Shown here: positions 1 through 9,499 of the stretch, piece after piece
Layout: each line of letters opens with the position of its first letter
Position numbering within the stretch: the first letter of the stretch is position 1
Source: Sedimentisphaerales bacterium
GTDB lineage: Bacteria > Planctomycetota > Phycisphaerae > Sedimentisphaerales > Anaerobacaceae
Direction: 5' to 3'
Assembly: GCA_963708075.1 (NCBI GenBank)
Contig: OY970194.1
Coordinates: forward strand, 3,264,001-3,328,000
DNA length: 64,000 nucleotides
Position numbers and translations under genes: made by a program
Notes under the pieces: model-generated
Database searches by the model: none
Seen by the model: only the letters and a program-made list of their open reading frames with translations
What the model was told of the DNA's origin: nothing

Positions 1-447
1 ATGTACGAGCGATGGATCGAGAACAGCCTGTACAGGACCATGAAAGAGCTGCGGCAGGTCCAGCGAGAGCGAAAGGCGGAAGCCGGGCACGGGCCATTGA
101 GTCCTGCCAATCTGGAGAATCATGTGTGGCAGCAGCAAGCGGAGCCTGCGGAGCTGGCCGATGCCACCCGCGCTACCGTGACCGATTCTGCGAAACAAAG
201 CCAATCCGGGGCGCCTCAGCAAGACCATCGCCAGGCTGCGCTTGGCGATGTCACTGATGCTGTCGCGATGAATTGTGCGAAACAAACCCAATTCCGGCCA
301 TCTCAGCCGGACCATTGCTTTGCGGAAGCGCAAGACCCTGCGTCTCTACAGGCTGACGATCCCGCCGGTGCTGCCGCGAGTGATTCCGCGAAGCAAAGCC
401 AAATTCCGGGAAACGCGCCGTGTGAAACAAAGCCAATGCGGGTGTGA
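1..447 (+). CDS. 3' part of a hypothetical protein with a repeat-derived low-complexity tail (probably starts upstream of the window)
   Basis: ORF open from base 1; helical segment YERWIENSLYRTMKELRQVQ followed by repeated AKQ(S/T)Q units; stop converges on the fliD stop. Confidence 0.55.
   Translation: MYERWIENSLYRTMKELRQVQRERKAEAGHGPLSPANLENHVWQQQAEPAELADATRATVTDSAKQSQSGAPQQDHRQAALGDVTDAVAMNCAKQTQFRPSQPDHCFAEAQDPASLQADDPAGAAASDSAKQSQIPGNAPCETKPMRV
190..437 (+). repeat. Four dispersed copies of a 16-bp motif, consensus GCGAAACAAAGCCAAT
   Basis: Copies at 190-205, 277-292, 388-403 and 422-437, each 0-2 mismatches from consensus. Confidence 0.85.
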
Positions 448-450
448 GGA

Positions 451-2475
451 CTAACCCATCCCGAGGGCGGACATCTGGTTGCGGAGCAGGGCCAGCGTCT
501 TTTCGAGGCGGGCGAACTTCGCCACGAGACGGGCTTCGCGGTCGGTCAGGCGCTGCTGTTCCATCTCGATCCTGTCCTGCAGGTGCTCGATCTGGTCTTC
601 GGCCTGGCCCTGGTCCAACTGGAGCGTGCCGGTGGTGGCCCTGAGGACCCGATCCAGGACATTGGCCATGGCGCCGGCGAAGCCCTGCTTGACGCGGACC
701 GTGGCGGTGAACGTGCCGTCCTGGCTCAGGTCCACGCTCAACTGCAGGCCGTTCTCCGGGTTGACCGGCTCGCTGTCGACATCGAACGTGCTGTCGCCCG
801 TAACGATATTGCCGTTGATGGCGGCGTCGCGATAGGCGGCCTCAGTGGATAGCTTCATCCTGGCGCCCGTAATCACCCCACCGGCCACGGTCACCTCGAC
901 GTCGTAGGCGGCTGCCGTGGTGTAGTTGCTGGAGGCCCCGTAGAACTCGATCGTGTTGCTGTCGGAACTGCCTGTTTTGTCGGCCCCGATGATCGCCAGG
1001 GCGCCCTGGTAATCCTCCGCGATGGCCTCATCGAACGCGCTGCCGCTCAGGCTCATCATGCCGTCGCCGTCGAGATCGATGCCGATCTGGGCCGGGGTGA
1101 GGAAGGTGTCGGCGTCGATGACAAAGCCGCTGGTCTGCCGCACGAGAGGGGTGCGAAGGTCGTTGACGATGTTGCGCACGACGGAGTCGCCCATGAGCAC
1201 GCCGGCGGTCTTGAGAGCGTCATTGTAGTCGCTTTTCTCCTTGATGAACGCCACCGCGGCATTGTAGGCGGTGACCATGGAGTCAAGCTTGCCCTTGACC
1301 GACGCGATGTCGCGGGTCAGGTTGACCTGGACTGTCCCCGTGTCGTGCAGGTGCAATGTCACGCCCCGGATGACGTCGTCGATCGTATTCGAGCTGCGGG
1401 TGATCCACTCGCCCACGCCGGATGGGTATCCATCCACCTTGATCTGGGAATCCTGGGCCGATTGGGTCTCCGTGAAGTCGGCGGCGGCAAAACCGGCCAA
1501 GCTGGCCACGGTGCTGCCGCCCTGCGTGAGCCGGCTGACGGCAGGAGTGTCGAATGTCGTGGCGCCGGAGCCGGCGTTGTACGCCAGGCCCAGCTCCATC
1601 AGGCTGGCGCCGCCGGTGTGGTCGGTCAGGCGGATCTGGCCGTTGACCAGGGTCGCCGTGGCCGTGCCCGCGAAGACGTCGTTGATCTCTTCTACGATGT
1701 GGCCGAGGGTCGTATGCTCGTTGATGGCCAGATTCTGACTGACGGCCGTCCCATCGTGGAGTCTGCCGCTGATCGTGATGTACTCATCTCCGGCGAGCGT
1801 TCCGCTGAACTGGTCGAGCGCCGTGATCCTGTCCGCCAACGCGGCGTTCTCGCTACCGACCGCCAGCGGCGCTTCCATCTGCCAGACCTCCGTGTTGCTG
1901 GCGTTGATCTGGACCTCATAATCCAAGCCGGCGTCGTTGCCGTTGAGCATGAGGTGGTAGGCGTCATTGTAGTAGAGCAGGTTGGCGGTGACGCCCGGGT
2001 TATTCGCATCATTGTTGATCAGTCCCACCAGGTCTTCGAGGGTCGTGTCGGCGGTCGTCGTGATGACCGTCTCCTGGCGGTTGTAGGAATAGATGAACGT
2101 GCCGGCGCCGACGTAGTCCTCCGCGTATTCCTTGCCCGCCGTGTGTGCCCAGCGTTCCCCGTTGGCGAGTTGATTCACGATGACGGTGTGATTGCCTTCA
2201 AAGGCGTTGTGGGAGGCCTCGGCCGTCACGATTTCGGTGTCGCTGGATGCGGTGGCATAGGCGCGGAGCGTGCCGGCGTCGGACAGGGCCGCCGTGGTGG
2301 TCTTGAGCGTTTCGAGCTTGGTCTCTATGGTGCTCAGAGCGTTCTTGCGCTCATTCCAGACGCTCTGGCGCTGCGCATACTGGGTGAGCGTGCGTTGCTC
2401 CATCGCCATGAGCTGGCTGATCAACTGGTTCGTATCGATTCCGGTTAAGAGCCCCGGAAGCCGCAAGTCGCCCAT
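451..2475 (-). CDS. fliD: Flagellar filament cap protein FliD
   Basis: N-term GLLTGIDTNQLISQLMAME; ITRSSNTIDDVIRGVTLHL; C-term LVAKFARLEKTLALL; 674 aa. Confidence 0.95.
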   Translation of the reverse strand: MGDLRLPGLLTGIDTNQLISQLMAMEQRTLTQYAQRQSVWNERKNALSTIETKLETLKTTTAALSDAGTLRAYATASSDTEIVTAEASHNAFEGNHTVIVNQLANGERWAHTAGKEYAEDYVGAGTFIYSYNRQETVITTTADTTLEDLVGLINNDANNPGVTANLLYYNDAYHLMLNGNDAGLDYEVQINASNTEVWQMEAPLAVGSENAALADRITALDQFSGTLAGDEYITISGRLHDGTAVSQNLAINEHTTLGHIVEEINDVFAGTATATLVNGQIRLTDHTGGASLMELGLAYNAGSGATTFDTPAVSRLTQGGSTVASLAGFAAADFTETQSAQDSQIKVDGYPSGVGEWITRSSNTIDDVIRGVTLHLHDTGTVQVNLTRDIASVKGKLDSMVTAYNAAVAFIKEKSDYNDALKTAGVLMGDSVVRNIVNDLRTPLVRQTSGFVIDADTFLTPAQIGIDLDGDGMMSLSGSAFDEAIAEDYQGALAIIGADKTGSSDSNTIEFYGASSNYTTAAAYDVEVTVAGGVITGARMKLSTEAAYRDAAINGNIVTGDSTFDVDSEPVNPENGLQLSVDLSQDGTFTATVRVKQGFAGAMANVLDRVLRATTGTLQLDQGQAEDQIEHLQDRIEMEQQRLTDREARLVAKFARLEKTLALLRNQMSALGMG

Positions 2476-2555
2476 TTTCTATCTACCTCTTCAGCGGACA
2501 CGGTGCACTGCTTACGCACATGCCCCTTTTCTGTGAGCACACGGTCCCATACATA

Positions 2556-2582
2556 TTATCGTTCGAAACGCGGGCCTCTGAA
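2556..2582 (-). promoter_or_regulatory. Candidate sigma28 (FliA) promoter for fliD
   Basis: Minus strand TTCAG-N15-ACGATAA vs consensus TAAAG-N15-CCGATAA, ~80 bp upstream of the fliD ATG. Confidence 0.45.
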
Positions 2583-2589
2583 GGCGGCA

Positions 2590-5500
2590 TCAGGATTTCA
2601 GCGTCACGGTCGCACCTGCCGTCACCGGCCCGGTATCGATCATTTCCAGCTCGAAGCGGTCCCCGTGGTCCGCGCACCACTGCCGCACATCGGTCGTGAT
2701 GCCCCGCTCGAAGTAATCCTGGAGGAATTCCCTGGCGGCTGCACTATCATGGTTCTCAACCTCGCGATGCAGGTGGGGCAGGCTCTGCTCCTTCATGTCC
2801 AGGGCATGAAGCGCCATGGCCCTGAGCAGGTCGAAATTCCTCATCCGCCGGGCCAAACCGCGATCCATTGCCTCAATGCCGTTGAGCATGCTCGCACAAC
2901 TGATGTGATAAGCGTGGTTGAACAGCCACACGGCACTTTCCAGCAGTTGCTGGAGCAGGCGGCGGTCGAGCGGCTCGCTCTCCCAGATGGGGATATGGGC
3001 CTTGAATCTCAGCAGGAAATCGGAGCAGTTGCACTCTCTCAACTGCCGGCCGATATCGCCGCTTGGCTCGGCCTGTATCTTCTCGCGAATCTTCTGCAGT
3101 TTGCATTCGCAGTACTGGCGGTACCGCGCTCTCTTATTCCGAGGGTCAAATGTGGACACCTGGTGCGTCTGGCTCATCGCGTGCACGCGGATGAAGGTCA
3201 GGTACTCAGGAACGTTCTTCACTTTCCAGCGTGCCGTCCGCCGGATGTATTCGCCGAGCTTGGCCGACCAGAACGAATCCGATGCGAACGGATTCTCATC
3301 ATAGGGCCCGATCTCGTCGAACAGTGATTTGCGAATCATGGCCGAGCCATGGCTCATTCCATGTCGCCAGGAGGTAAACCGCTCGATGATCTCCTCCTGC
3401 GCCGGAGGCAGGTCGTTGCACTCCGTGTACTCCAGCCCCCGCCAGTGATCCAGGAACGTCCGGTAGCAGGAACCGACCATGGCCAGGCGCGGGTCCTGCG
3501 AGATTTCGCGATGGAGGGTTTCGAGCTTGGCGGGACTCATGATGTCGTCGGCGTCCTGGATGACGATGAAATCGGATGCCGCCTGTGAAATCGCGAAGTT
3601 CCGCCGGACGTAGGGACCTCGATTGTCCTCGAAGTGGTAGGGTCTTATACGTGGATCGAGCCGGGCGTACCTGTCAATGATCTCCCGCGTTCCATCCGTG
3701 CTGCCGTCGTCGAGCAGGAGAAGCTCCCATTCCTGCAGACTCTGCCCTCGAACGCTCTCGATGCACTCGCTCAGGTGCGTCTCACAGTTGCGACAGGCCG
3801 TCACTATGGTGACCTTGGGCCCGGGAGACCCCGCTTGGACCGGACGGACTGCCTGCGTGTCGGTTCTCATCGAACTCACGCAGCGGACGGCGGCTCCCCG
3901 CGCAAGCGACGAGGAACGCATCCGATTCAGACGCTCCCGCACGTTCAGCATTTTTCGCTTCTGGTCCGGCGGGACCTTGACATGGGGATTACCCAGCAGG
4001 CGGCCGTAAACCCGATGGACGTCCTCATAGCGATTCTGCTGCGCGTAGCACTGGGCCAGGAGCGTGCAACTTGCGACGTAGCACTCGCCGAGATTCGTAT
4101 AATCCATGAATTCCGACTGGCCGCGGTCCAGTCGCCCCAGAGCGAGCTGCCCTTCAAGGCAATCGAGCGTTGCCTCAAAGTGTCCCTGTGCCCGGTCGGG
4201 TTTGCCGAGGCGGACATACGACGCACCCACCGCATAATGCGCCTTCGGCGAGTCCGGCTTGCATGCCAGCGCCTTCTCACCCCACTCGACCGCAAGGGCG
4301 GGGAACAGCCTCTCGAAGAACAGGGCGTTGTCTTTGCCCTGCCTGTACTGCTCCTCTTCGGCCCGCCCCTGCGCCGCGTACAGGCTCTCGACGAATCGCA
4401 GGAAAGCGAGTTCGGTTTGCTCCTCCTTCGGTTCGCCCTGCCGCATCTGCTTGAGATGCTCGATGCAGAGCCGATTCTCCAGAGAGAATTCATCCACGGG
4501 GCATGCATGCTGGCGCTGGGGACCGGTATAACGGACTACGATTTCCGGGCAATAGAGAATTGGCCGTTGCGGTCCTTCCCCGTCTGTATAGATGCGATAC
4601 GACAATTGGATCGCGCCGCGATGGAACGCCGTCGGCGGGAATCCGCCCAGACGCGTGAGCGTGTCCTTTCGGAAGGCACAGAACTCATCCGTATCACACG
4701 CAGCATAGACAGCCACCTCTCCCAGGTTGTAGCGACGGGGCTGGTCTTCACCGGGTCTGCCGAGGATTCGACCCCGCAGCCCGTTGATGTCGTACCTGCC
4801 GAACCGATCGAGAACGCCTTGCACGAAGCTGTTCTCAGGAATCGTGTGCTCGTCCAGGAAGGCGATGAATTGGCCCCTTGCATGAGCGGCGGCCGCATTT
4901 CTTTGCTCCCACCGGCTCGCCTCGGCCTCGCGAGCCATAAGCAGGACGCCAAAATCCAACCGTGCCACGAGCGAGTCAAGAACCTGCCTGCAGGCCGGGG
5001 GAACAAGCGCTATCACCTCAAACGCTTTCTCGGTTTGTTCGTTCAGCCGCCGGAAGAGCTCGTGACACTGTGCCACATTCTCACCGACCTCAACCACGAT
5101 GGAAAGGTGGACGGTATGGCCATTTCTGCAGTCCATCAGCGGCTCCACCGGACACAAGCGGACAGCTTGCAGAGTATCCTTCTTCACTGTGCCGAAAGCC
5201 ACATCACGGACAATCTCGTGGCGCTGGGCCCTCGTCCAGCATATGTCTTGTCGCTCCAGGTATCTTCTGCAGAAGTCGCGGGCCACCTGCGTTCCGTGTG
5301 TCTCGAATTCGCGCTGCAGGCACTGGCGGCTCTGCTCGGGTAGCGCCAGCGCAAAATACGCCAGCCCCCGGACCAGGTCATAGCACCGCACGCTGCGCGC
5401 AGCGTCTTCGACGAGTCGCTCCACGATGCCACACGTCTCGATGCACCGGACGAATTGTCCCTTGGTGAACTGAGAGAAGATCCGGGCAATGAATTCCTCG

Positions 5501-8500
5501 GCAATCCGGCTTGTCAACGGTTCGTTGGCCCACTGCTGAAAGAGATGGCCGTGCCTGGCGACAAAGTCATTGCAGATGGACTGGCGAAGTTCGGCGCGGA
5601 TGTCCGTGTTCGGGTTGGCGTCGAGCCGTTCCCTCAACTTCCGGATCTGGCTGCGGCGGTAGTCTCTGAATTTCGCTCGCGGGCTGCGGGGATCGAACGA
5701 GGGCAGTTTCTCCGTCTGCGAGTTCAGATGCATCCGCCGCAACGTGAGAAACTCCGGGATGTTCCGGAATCGGACCGCATCTATCCGGCATGCGTACTCC
5801 ACGGCCTTGAGCAGCCAGAAGGAGTCGGAGCCGAACGGGTTCTCATCGTAAGGGCCGATCTCTTCGAACAGCCTTTTGCGGATGATGGCGATGCCGTGCG
5901 GGCAGAAGTCGGACGTGCCGTACGTGCGGTACATGTCAAGGATTTGCTCGTGCGTGGTCGCGAGGGGCACATCCTCGGTATGCTCCGCGTCCGGGGAGCC
6001 GTCGAGAAACATTCGGTAGAACGAGCCCACGATCCCCAGCCGATCGTCCTCTGTGATCGCCTTGTGCAGCCGCTCGAGCTTGTTCGGAGCCATGATGTCG
6101 TCCGCATCGTGAATCACGATGAAATCAGCGGCGGCTCGCCCCATGGCGTAGTTGCGCCGGACGTACGGCCCTTTGTTGTCGTCGAAGCAGAAGGCTTTGA
6201 TTCGCGGGTCGCGCTGCGCGTAATCCTCGATGATGCGCCGCGTCCCGTCCGTGCTGCCGTCATCGAGCAGGAAAAGCTCCCAGTCGGGCATCGTCTGAGC
6301 CAGAATGCTGTCGATACACTGCGGCAGAAACGCCTCCGCCTCGTAACACGCCGTGACGACAGTGACTTTCGGGCGCCCCAAAGACACAGGTCCCGTTGGA
6401 GTAGTCTGAGCCCCGGATGGGTCAAAGGGATTACCCTGCAGCCGGGTAGCTTGTGTCGGCACGCTGAACATTGGCGACAGGTGGTCCTGCGGGCGGTTGG
6501 CGGCGACGGAATAGAGGACCGCATCGATTTGCGGCAGAACCTGCTCCGTGGACCATCGCTCCTGCACGCAGGCGAGATACTCGCGCCGGTCGAAGTCCGC
6601 CGACAGGACGATATCGCGGCATTCCTGGGCCGTGTTGAAGATCCATTTCTCCGGGTAACAGCTCCCGGCGCCGGGGTAGTTGTGGATCACCGGCTTGAGC
6701 CCCTTGGCCATGCCTTCGAGGATGTTCACCGGATGGCCTTCCCGGATGCTCGTGGAGAGGATGAAATCCTTGTCGTCCAACCAGGAACTCACGTCGTCCA
6801 CGCGGCCGTAATAGAAGACACGGTCCTGAATCCAAAGCTCTCTTTCGATGTGCCGGAGGTAGTGCTTCAGTTCGCCCTGGTGCAGCTCATCGCCGAACAG
6901 CTCGCCCGCAATGTGCAGCGTATAGCCGGGATCGGCGGCCAGGATCTCACGCAGGCACTGCATCAGGAAAGGCAGGTTCTTGGCCGGACGCAGAGAGCCG
7001 ACGAACGCCAGGCTCTTGCCACGGGCCCGGTCGACAAAGTTGAACCTGGTCAGATCGACACAGTTCGGCACCACGTGTGTGCGGACTCTGGTCTCGATGT
7101 CCGGGACCTGGTCTTTCAGAACATCGCGAATATACGGACTGACGAAGATCAGATCGTCGACGTTTTCCCAGTGAATCTTCTGGGGGAACGAGCAGAATGC
7201 CTCGAAGCTGTGCAGGCGAAGAATGGTCCTGCATCGCCGCGGTTGTTTCGTCACCCGGACGGCGAAATCCGTGGCCCATTCGATCCAGCATACATCCGCG
7301 GTTTGCAGCGCCCGCGCGATGTCCTGCTTCTCATTGCAGTCCACGACCCACACATCATGGGACGCACGCAGGTGTGCCAGAATCTCGCCCATGAAGGACA
7401 GATTGTTCTTGTGAGGCAGGATGGCGATCTTCAGTCTCGTGGCCTGTACAGGTACAGCCGCGCCCGTGCAGATTTGTGACCCCGGCGTCTCCCGTCGCTG
7501 GGCTTCCTGTCGTGCATACTCTGCGTACTGGTCCTGCATCTCCTTCTTCGCGTTGGTGATCGCCCCCTCCCACCGTCTCAATGCGTACAGGTATTCACCG
7601 ATGTTGCGCAGCTCGCCGATCTCGCTCAATCGCAGCCACAGGTCATAGTCCTGGGCAAATTGGAATCGCTCATCGTAGCCGCCGGCCTCGATCAGGGCGG
7701 ACCGCCGCACCATGGCCGTGCCGTGGGCCATTCGGTTCCTGGCCACAAGCTCCGCCTTGATGTCCGCAGGCTCCGTCGGCAATCGCCACTGGCCGCAGAC
7801 TTTCCCCTCTGCATCGATCCTGGCGCACCAGCAGCCCACGACAAGGCATGCAGGATTTCCTTCCAGGACCTTCGACTGCTTTTCGAATCGCTGCGGCAGC
7901 GAGACATCGTCGGCATCCATGCGTGCGATGTATTCCCCCCTGCACAGCTTCAGACCGACATTCAGCGATTTTGTCAGGCCCTGTCTCTGGGCGTTCCTGT
8001 AGATCGCCGTCCTCGAGTCCTTCCCGTCGAGCAGGATTTCGGGCGTCCTGTCGGAGCTTGCGTCGTCGACGATGATGAACTCGAAGTCCTGGCAGGTCTG
8101 GCGGTAGATGCTCTCCAACGCCTGAGGCAGAAATTTCTCGCCATTATGCACGGCCATCAGCACGCTGATTTTCGGCTTGTTGGTCCAGTCCTTGTTCTGC
8201 TCCGTGTCCGGTATGCACGCGTTCCACTGGTCCTCGTAGTAGCGTTTGACCCTTTCATTGTGCCCCTGCAAGTAGACGATGTCCCGGTCGTCGATGTATT
8301 CGTACAATCGTTCCTTGACGGCCGTGTGATACAGGTCACTGTAGGGAATGCCGGTAAATACGTTGCGCCAGACCCGCGTGGGCTTGATTTCTTCCAGCAA
8401 CTCGTTTGTCTCATGCAGGTCTGCCTCCGTCTCCCCCGGCACGCCAATAACCGTACTGGCGATCGTCTTGATCCCCGACTCGCGGCACCACCGGAACGCA

Positions 8501-9492
8501 TCGCGGATCTGGTCCGTGGTGATATCCTTATGCATCAGGTCCAGCATCCTCTGCGAGCCGCTCTCCACGCCGAAGTAGAATCCCTTCGCCCCCGCCCTCG
8601 CCATCAATTGCACCAGCTCCTCGCTGAGGTTGGACACCCGCGTCTCGCACACCCAGGAGATGCCCAGGTTTTTGCGCTGCAGCAGGCCGCAGAACTCCCT
8701 CAATCGCCCTTCGTTCAGGGTGAAATTGTCTTCCCGGAAGTAGATTCCCTTGGCCCCGTACTTGTGAACGAGATGCTCGATGTCCGAGACAATCCGCTCG
8801 GCACTGAAGGAGGTGTATTTCCTGCCCCAGACCGAGTTGACCGAACAGAAGGCGCAGCGGAACGGGCAGCCGCGACTCGTATTCATCGTGAAGACGGGGG
8901 CGTCACCGATCAGCTTCATGCTCCAGTCGTAGGGCAGATCGATGAAGCAGTCCCACGCCGGCATCGGGAGCGTATCCAGATCGTCGATCCGCGGGTAGCG
9001 GACGATGCGATCCGTGACCTTGCCCGCGACGATGTCCCGGATGGCGTACTCGCCCTCGCCCTGCACGATGAAGTCCACGAAGCCGGGAATCGTCTGCGGC
9101 GCCACGGCGGCATGAGGTCCGCCCACGACGATCTTGCCCCGCCATTTTCCCGTCTCCCTCAGCCGCTGCATGGCGTGGAGCATCCGAAGCGTGTCGCGAA
9201 AACAGATCGTGTTGGCGTAAATGCCCACAAAGTCGATGGCGTTCTTTTGGAGGTATCCGGTTTCGAGAAAGTCGCTGGGTTGCAGGTAGTTGTCGATGAA
9301 GGACACCTTGTGCCCGGCATCGCGCAGCACGGAGATCAGGAAGCCGATCCCTATGGGCGGCCGCTTCTCCCGCGTCGAAAACGGCGACTGCGCCGGCGCC
9401 GCCGAAGTGACCAGCAGGACTCGCCGGCCGCCGGAATGCCCTTCCCCATGGTTTGTACCGGACAAGATGACCCCGCTTTCTTTTGGATCCAT
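2590..9492 (-). CDS. Giant (~2300 aa) multidomain protein: B12-binding radical SAM + GT2 + GT4 + GT2 + degenerate GT2 + TPR + GT2
   Basis: GGPHA and SRGCPFRCAFC radical-SAM motifs; three GT2 domains with DD(A/G)S and DADD; GT4 with EGHPVNILE; start placed at ATG 9492 behind GAGG, 7 bp after the upstream stop (ORF track extends to 9558). Confidence 0.9.
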   Translation of the reverse strand: MDPKESGVILSGTNHGEGHSGGRRVLLVTSAAPAQSPFSTREKRPPIGIGFLISVLRDAGHKVSFIDNYLQPSDFLETGYLQKNAIDFVGIYANTICFRDTLRMLHAMQRLRETGKWRGKIVVGGPHAAVAPQTIPGFVDFIVQGEGEYAIRDIVAGKVTDRIVRYPRIDDLDTLPMPAWDCFIDLPYDWSMKLIGDAPVFTMNTSRGCPFRCAFCSVNSVWGRKYTSFSAERIVSDIEHLVHKYGAKGIYFREDNFTLNEGRLREFCGLLQRKNLGISWVCETRVSNLSEELVQLMARAGAKGFYFGVESGSQRMLDLMHKDITTDQIRDAFRWCRESGIKTIASTVIGVPGETEADLHETNELLEEIKPTRVWRNVFTGIPYSDLYHTAVKERLYEYIDDRDIVYLQGHNERVKRYYEDQWNACIPDTEQNKDWTNKPKISVLMAVHNGEKFLPQALESIYRQTCQDFEFIIVDDASSDRTPEILLDGKDSRTAIYRNAQRQGLTKSLNVGLKLCRGEYIARMDADDVSLPQRFEKQSKVLEGNPACLVVGCWCARIDAEGKVCGQWRLPTEPADIKAELVARNRMAHGTAMVRRSALIEAGGYDERFQFAQDYDLWLRLSEIGELRNIGEYLYALRRWEGAITNAKKEMQDQYAEYARQEAQRRETPGSQICTGAAVPVQATRLKIAILPHKNNLSFMGEILAHLRASHDVWVVDCNEKQDIARALQTADVCWIEWATDFAVRVTKQPRRCRTILRLHSFEAFCSFPQKIHWENVDDLIFVSPYIRDVLKDQVPDIETRVRTHVVPNCVDLTRFNFVDRARGKSLAFVGSLRPAKNLPFLMQCLREILAADPGYTLHIAGELFGDELHQGELKHYLRHIERELWIQDRVFYYGRVDDVSSWLDDKDFILSTSIREGHPVNILEGMAKGLKPVIHNYPGAGSCYPEKWIFNTAQECRDIVLSADFDRREYLACVQERWSTEQVLPQIDAVLYSVAANRPQDHLSPMFSVPTQATRLQGNPFDPSGAQTTPTGPVSLGRPKVTVVTACYEAEAFLPQCIDSILAQTMPDWELFLLDDGSTDGTRRIIEDYAQRDPRIKAFCFDDNKGPYVRRNYAMGRAAADFIVIHDADDIMAPNKLERLHKAITEDDRLGIVGSFYRMFLDGSPDAEHTEDVPLATTHEQILDMYRTYGTSDFCPHGIAIIRKRLFEEIGPYDENPFGSDSFWLLKAVEYACRIDAVRFRNIPEFLTLRRMHLNSQTEKLPSFDPRSPRAKFRDYRRSQIRKLRERLDANPNTDIRAELRQSICNDFVARHGHLFQQWANEPLTSRIAEEFIARIFSQFTKGQFVRCIETCGIVERLVEDAARSVRCYDLVRGLAYFALALPEQSRQCLQREFETHGTQVARDFCRRYLERQDICWTRAQRHEIVRDVAFGTVKKDTLQAVRLCPVEPLMDCRNGHTVHLSIVVEVGENVAQCHELFRRLNEQTEKAFEVIALVPPACRQVLDSLVARLDFGVLLMAREAEASRWEQRNAAAAHARGQFIAFLDEHTIPENSFVQGVLDRFGRYDINGLRGRILGRPGEDQPRRYNLGEVAVYAACDTDEFCAFRKDTLTRLGGFPPTAFHRGAIQLSYRIYTDGEGPQRPILYCPEIVVRYTGPQRQHACPVDEFSLENRLCIEHLKQMRQGEPKEEQTELAFLRFVESLYAAQGRAEEEQYRQGKDNALFFERLFPALAVEWGEKALACKPDSPKAHYAVGASYVRLGKPDRAQGHFEATLDCLEGQLALGRLDRGQSEFMDYTNLGECYVASCTLLAQCYAQQNRYEDVHRVYGRLLGNPHVKVPPDQKRKMLNVRERLNRMRSSSLARGAAVRCVSSMRTDTQAVRPVQAGSPGPKVTIVTACRNCETHLSECIESVRGQSLQEWELLLLDDGSTDGTREIIDRYARLDPRIRPYHFEDNRGPYVRRNFAISQAASDFIVIQDADDIMSPAKLETLHREISQDPRLAMVGSCYRTFLDHWRGLEYTECNDLPPAQEEIIERFTSWRHGMSHGSAMIRKSLFDEIGPYDENPFASDSFWSAKLGEYIRRTARWKVKNVPEYLTFIRVHAMSQTHQVSTFDPRNKRARYRQYCECKLQKIREKIQAEPSGDIGRQLRECNCSDFLLRFKAHIPIWESEPLDRRLLQQLLESAVWLFNHAYHISCASMLNGIEAMDRGLARRMRNFDLLRAMALHALDMKEQSLPHLHREVENHDSAAAREFLQDYFERGITTDVRQWCADHGDRFELEMIDTGPVTAGATVTLKS

Positions 9493-9499
9493 CACAAGA

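Noticed and set aside
190..437. CRISPR array
   Set aside because: Repeats are only 16 bp, imperfect and irregularly spaced (87/111/34 bp); no cas genes in the window
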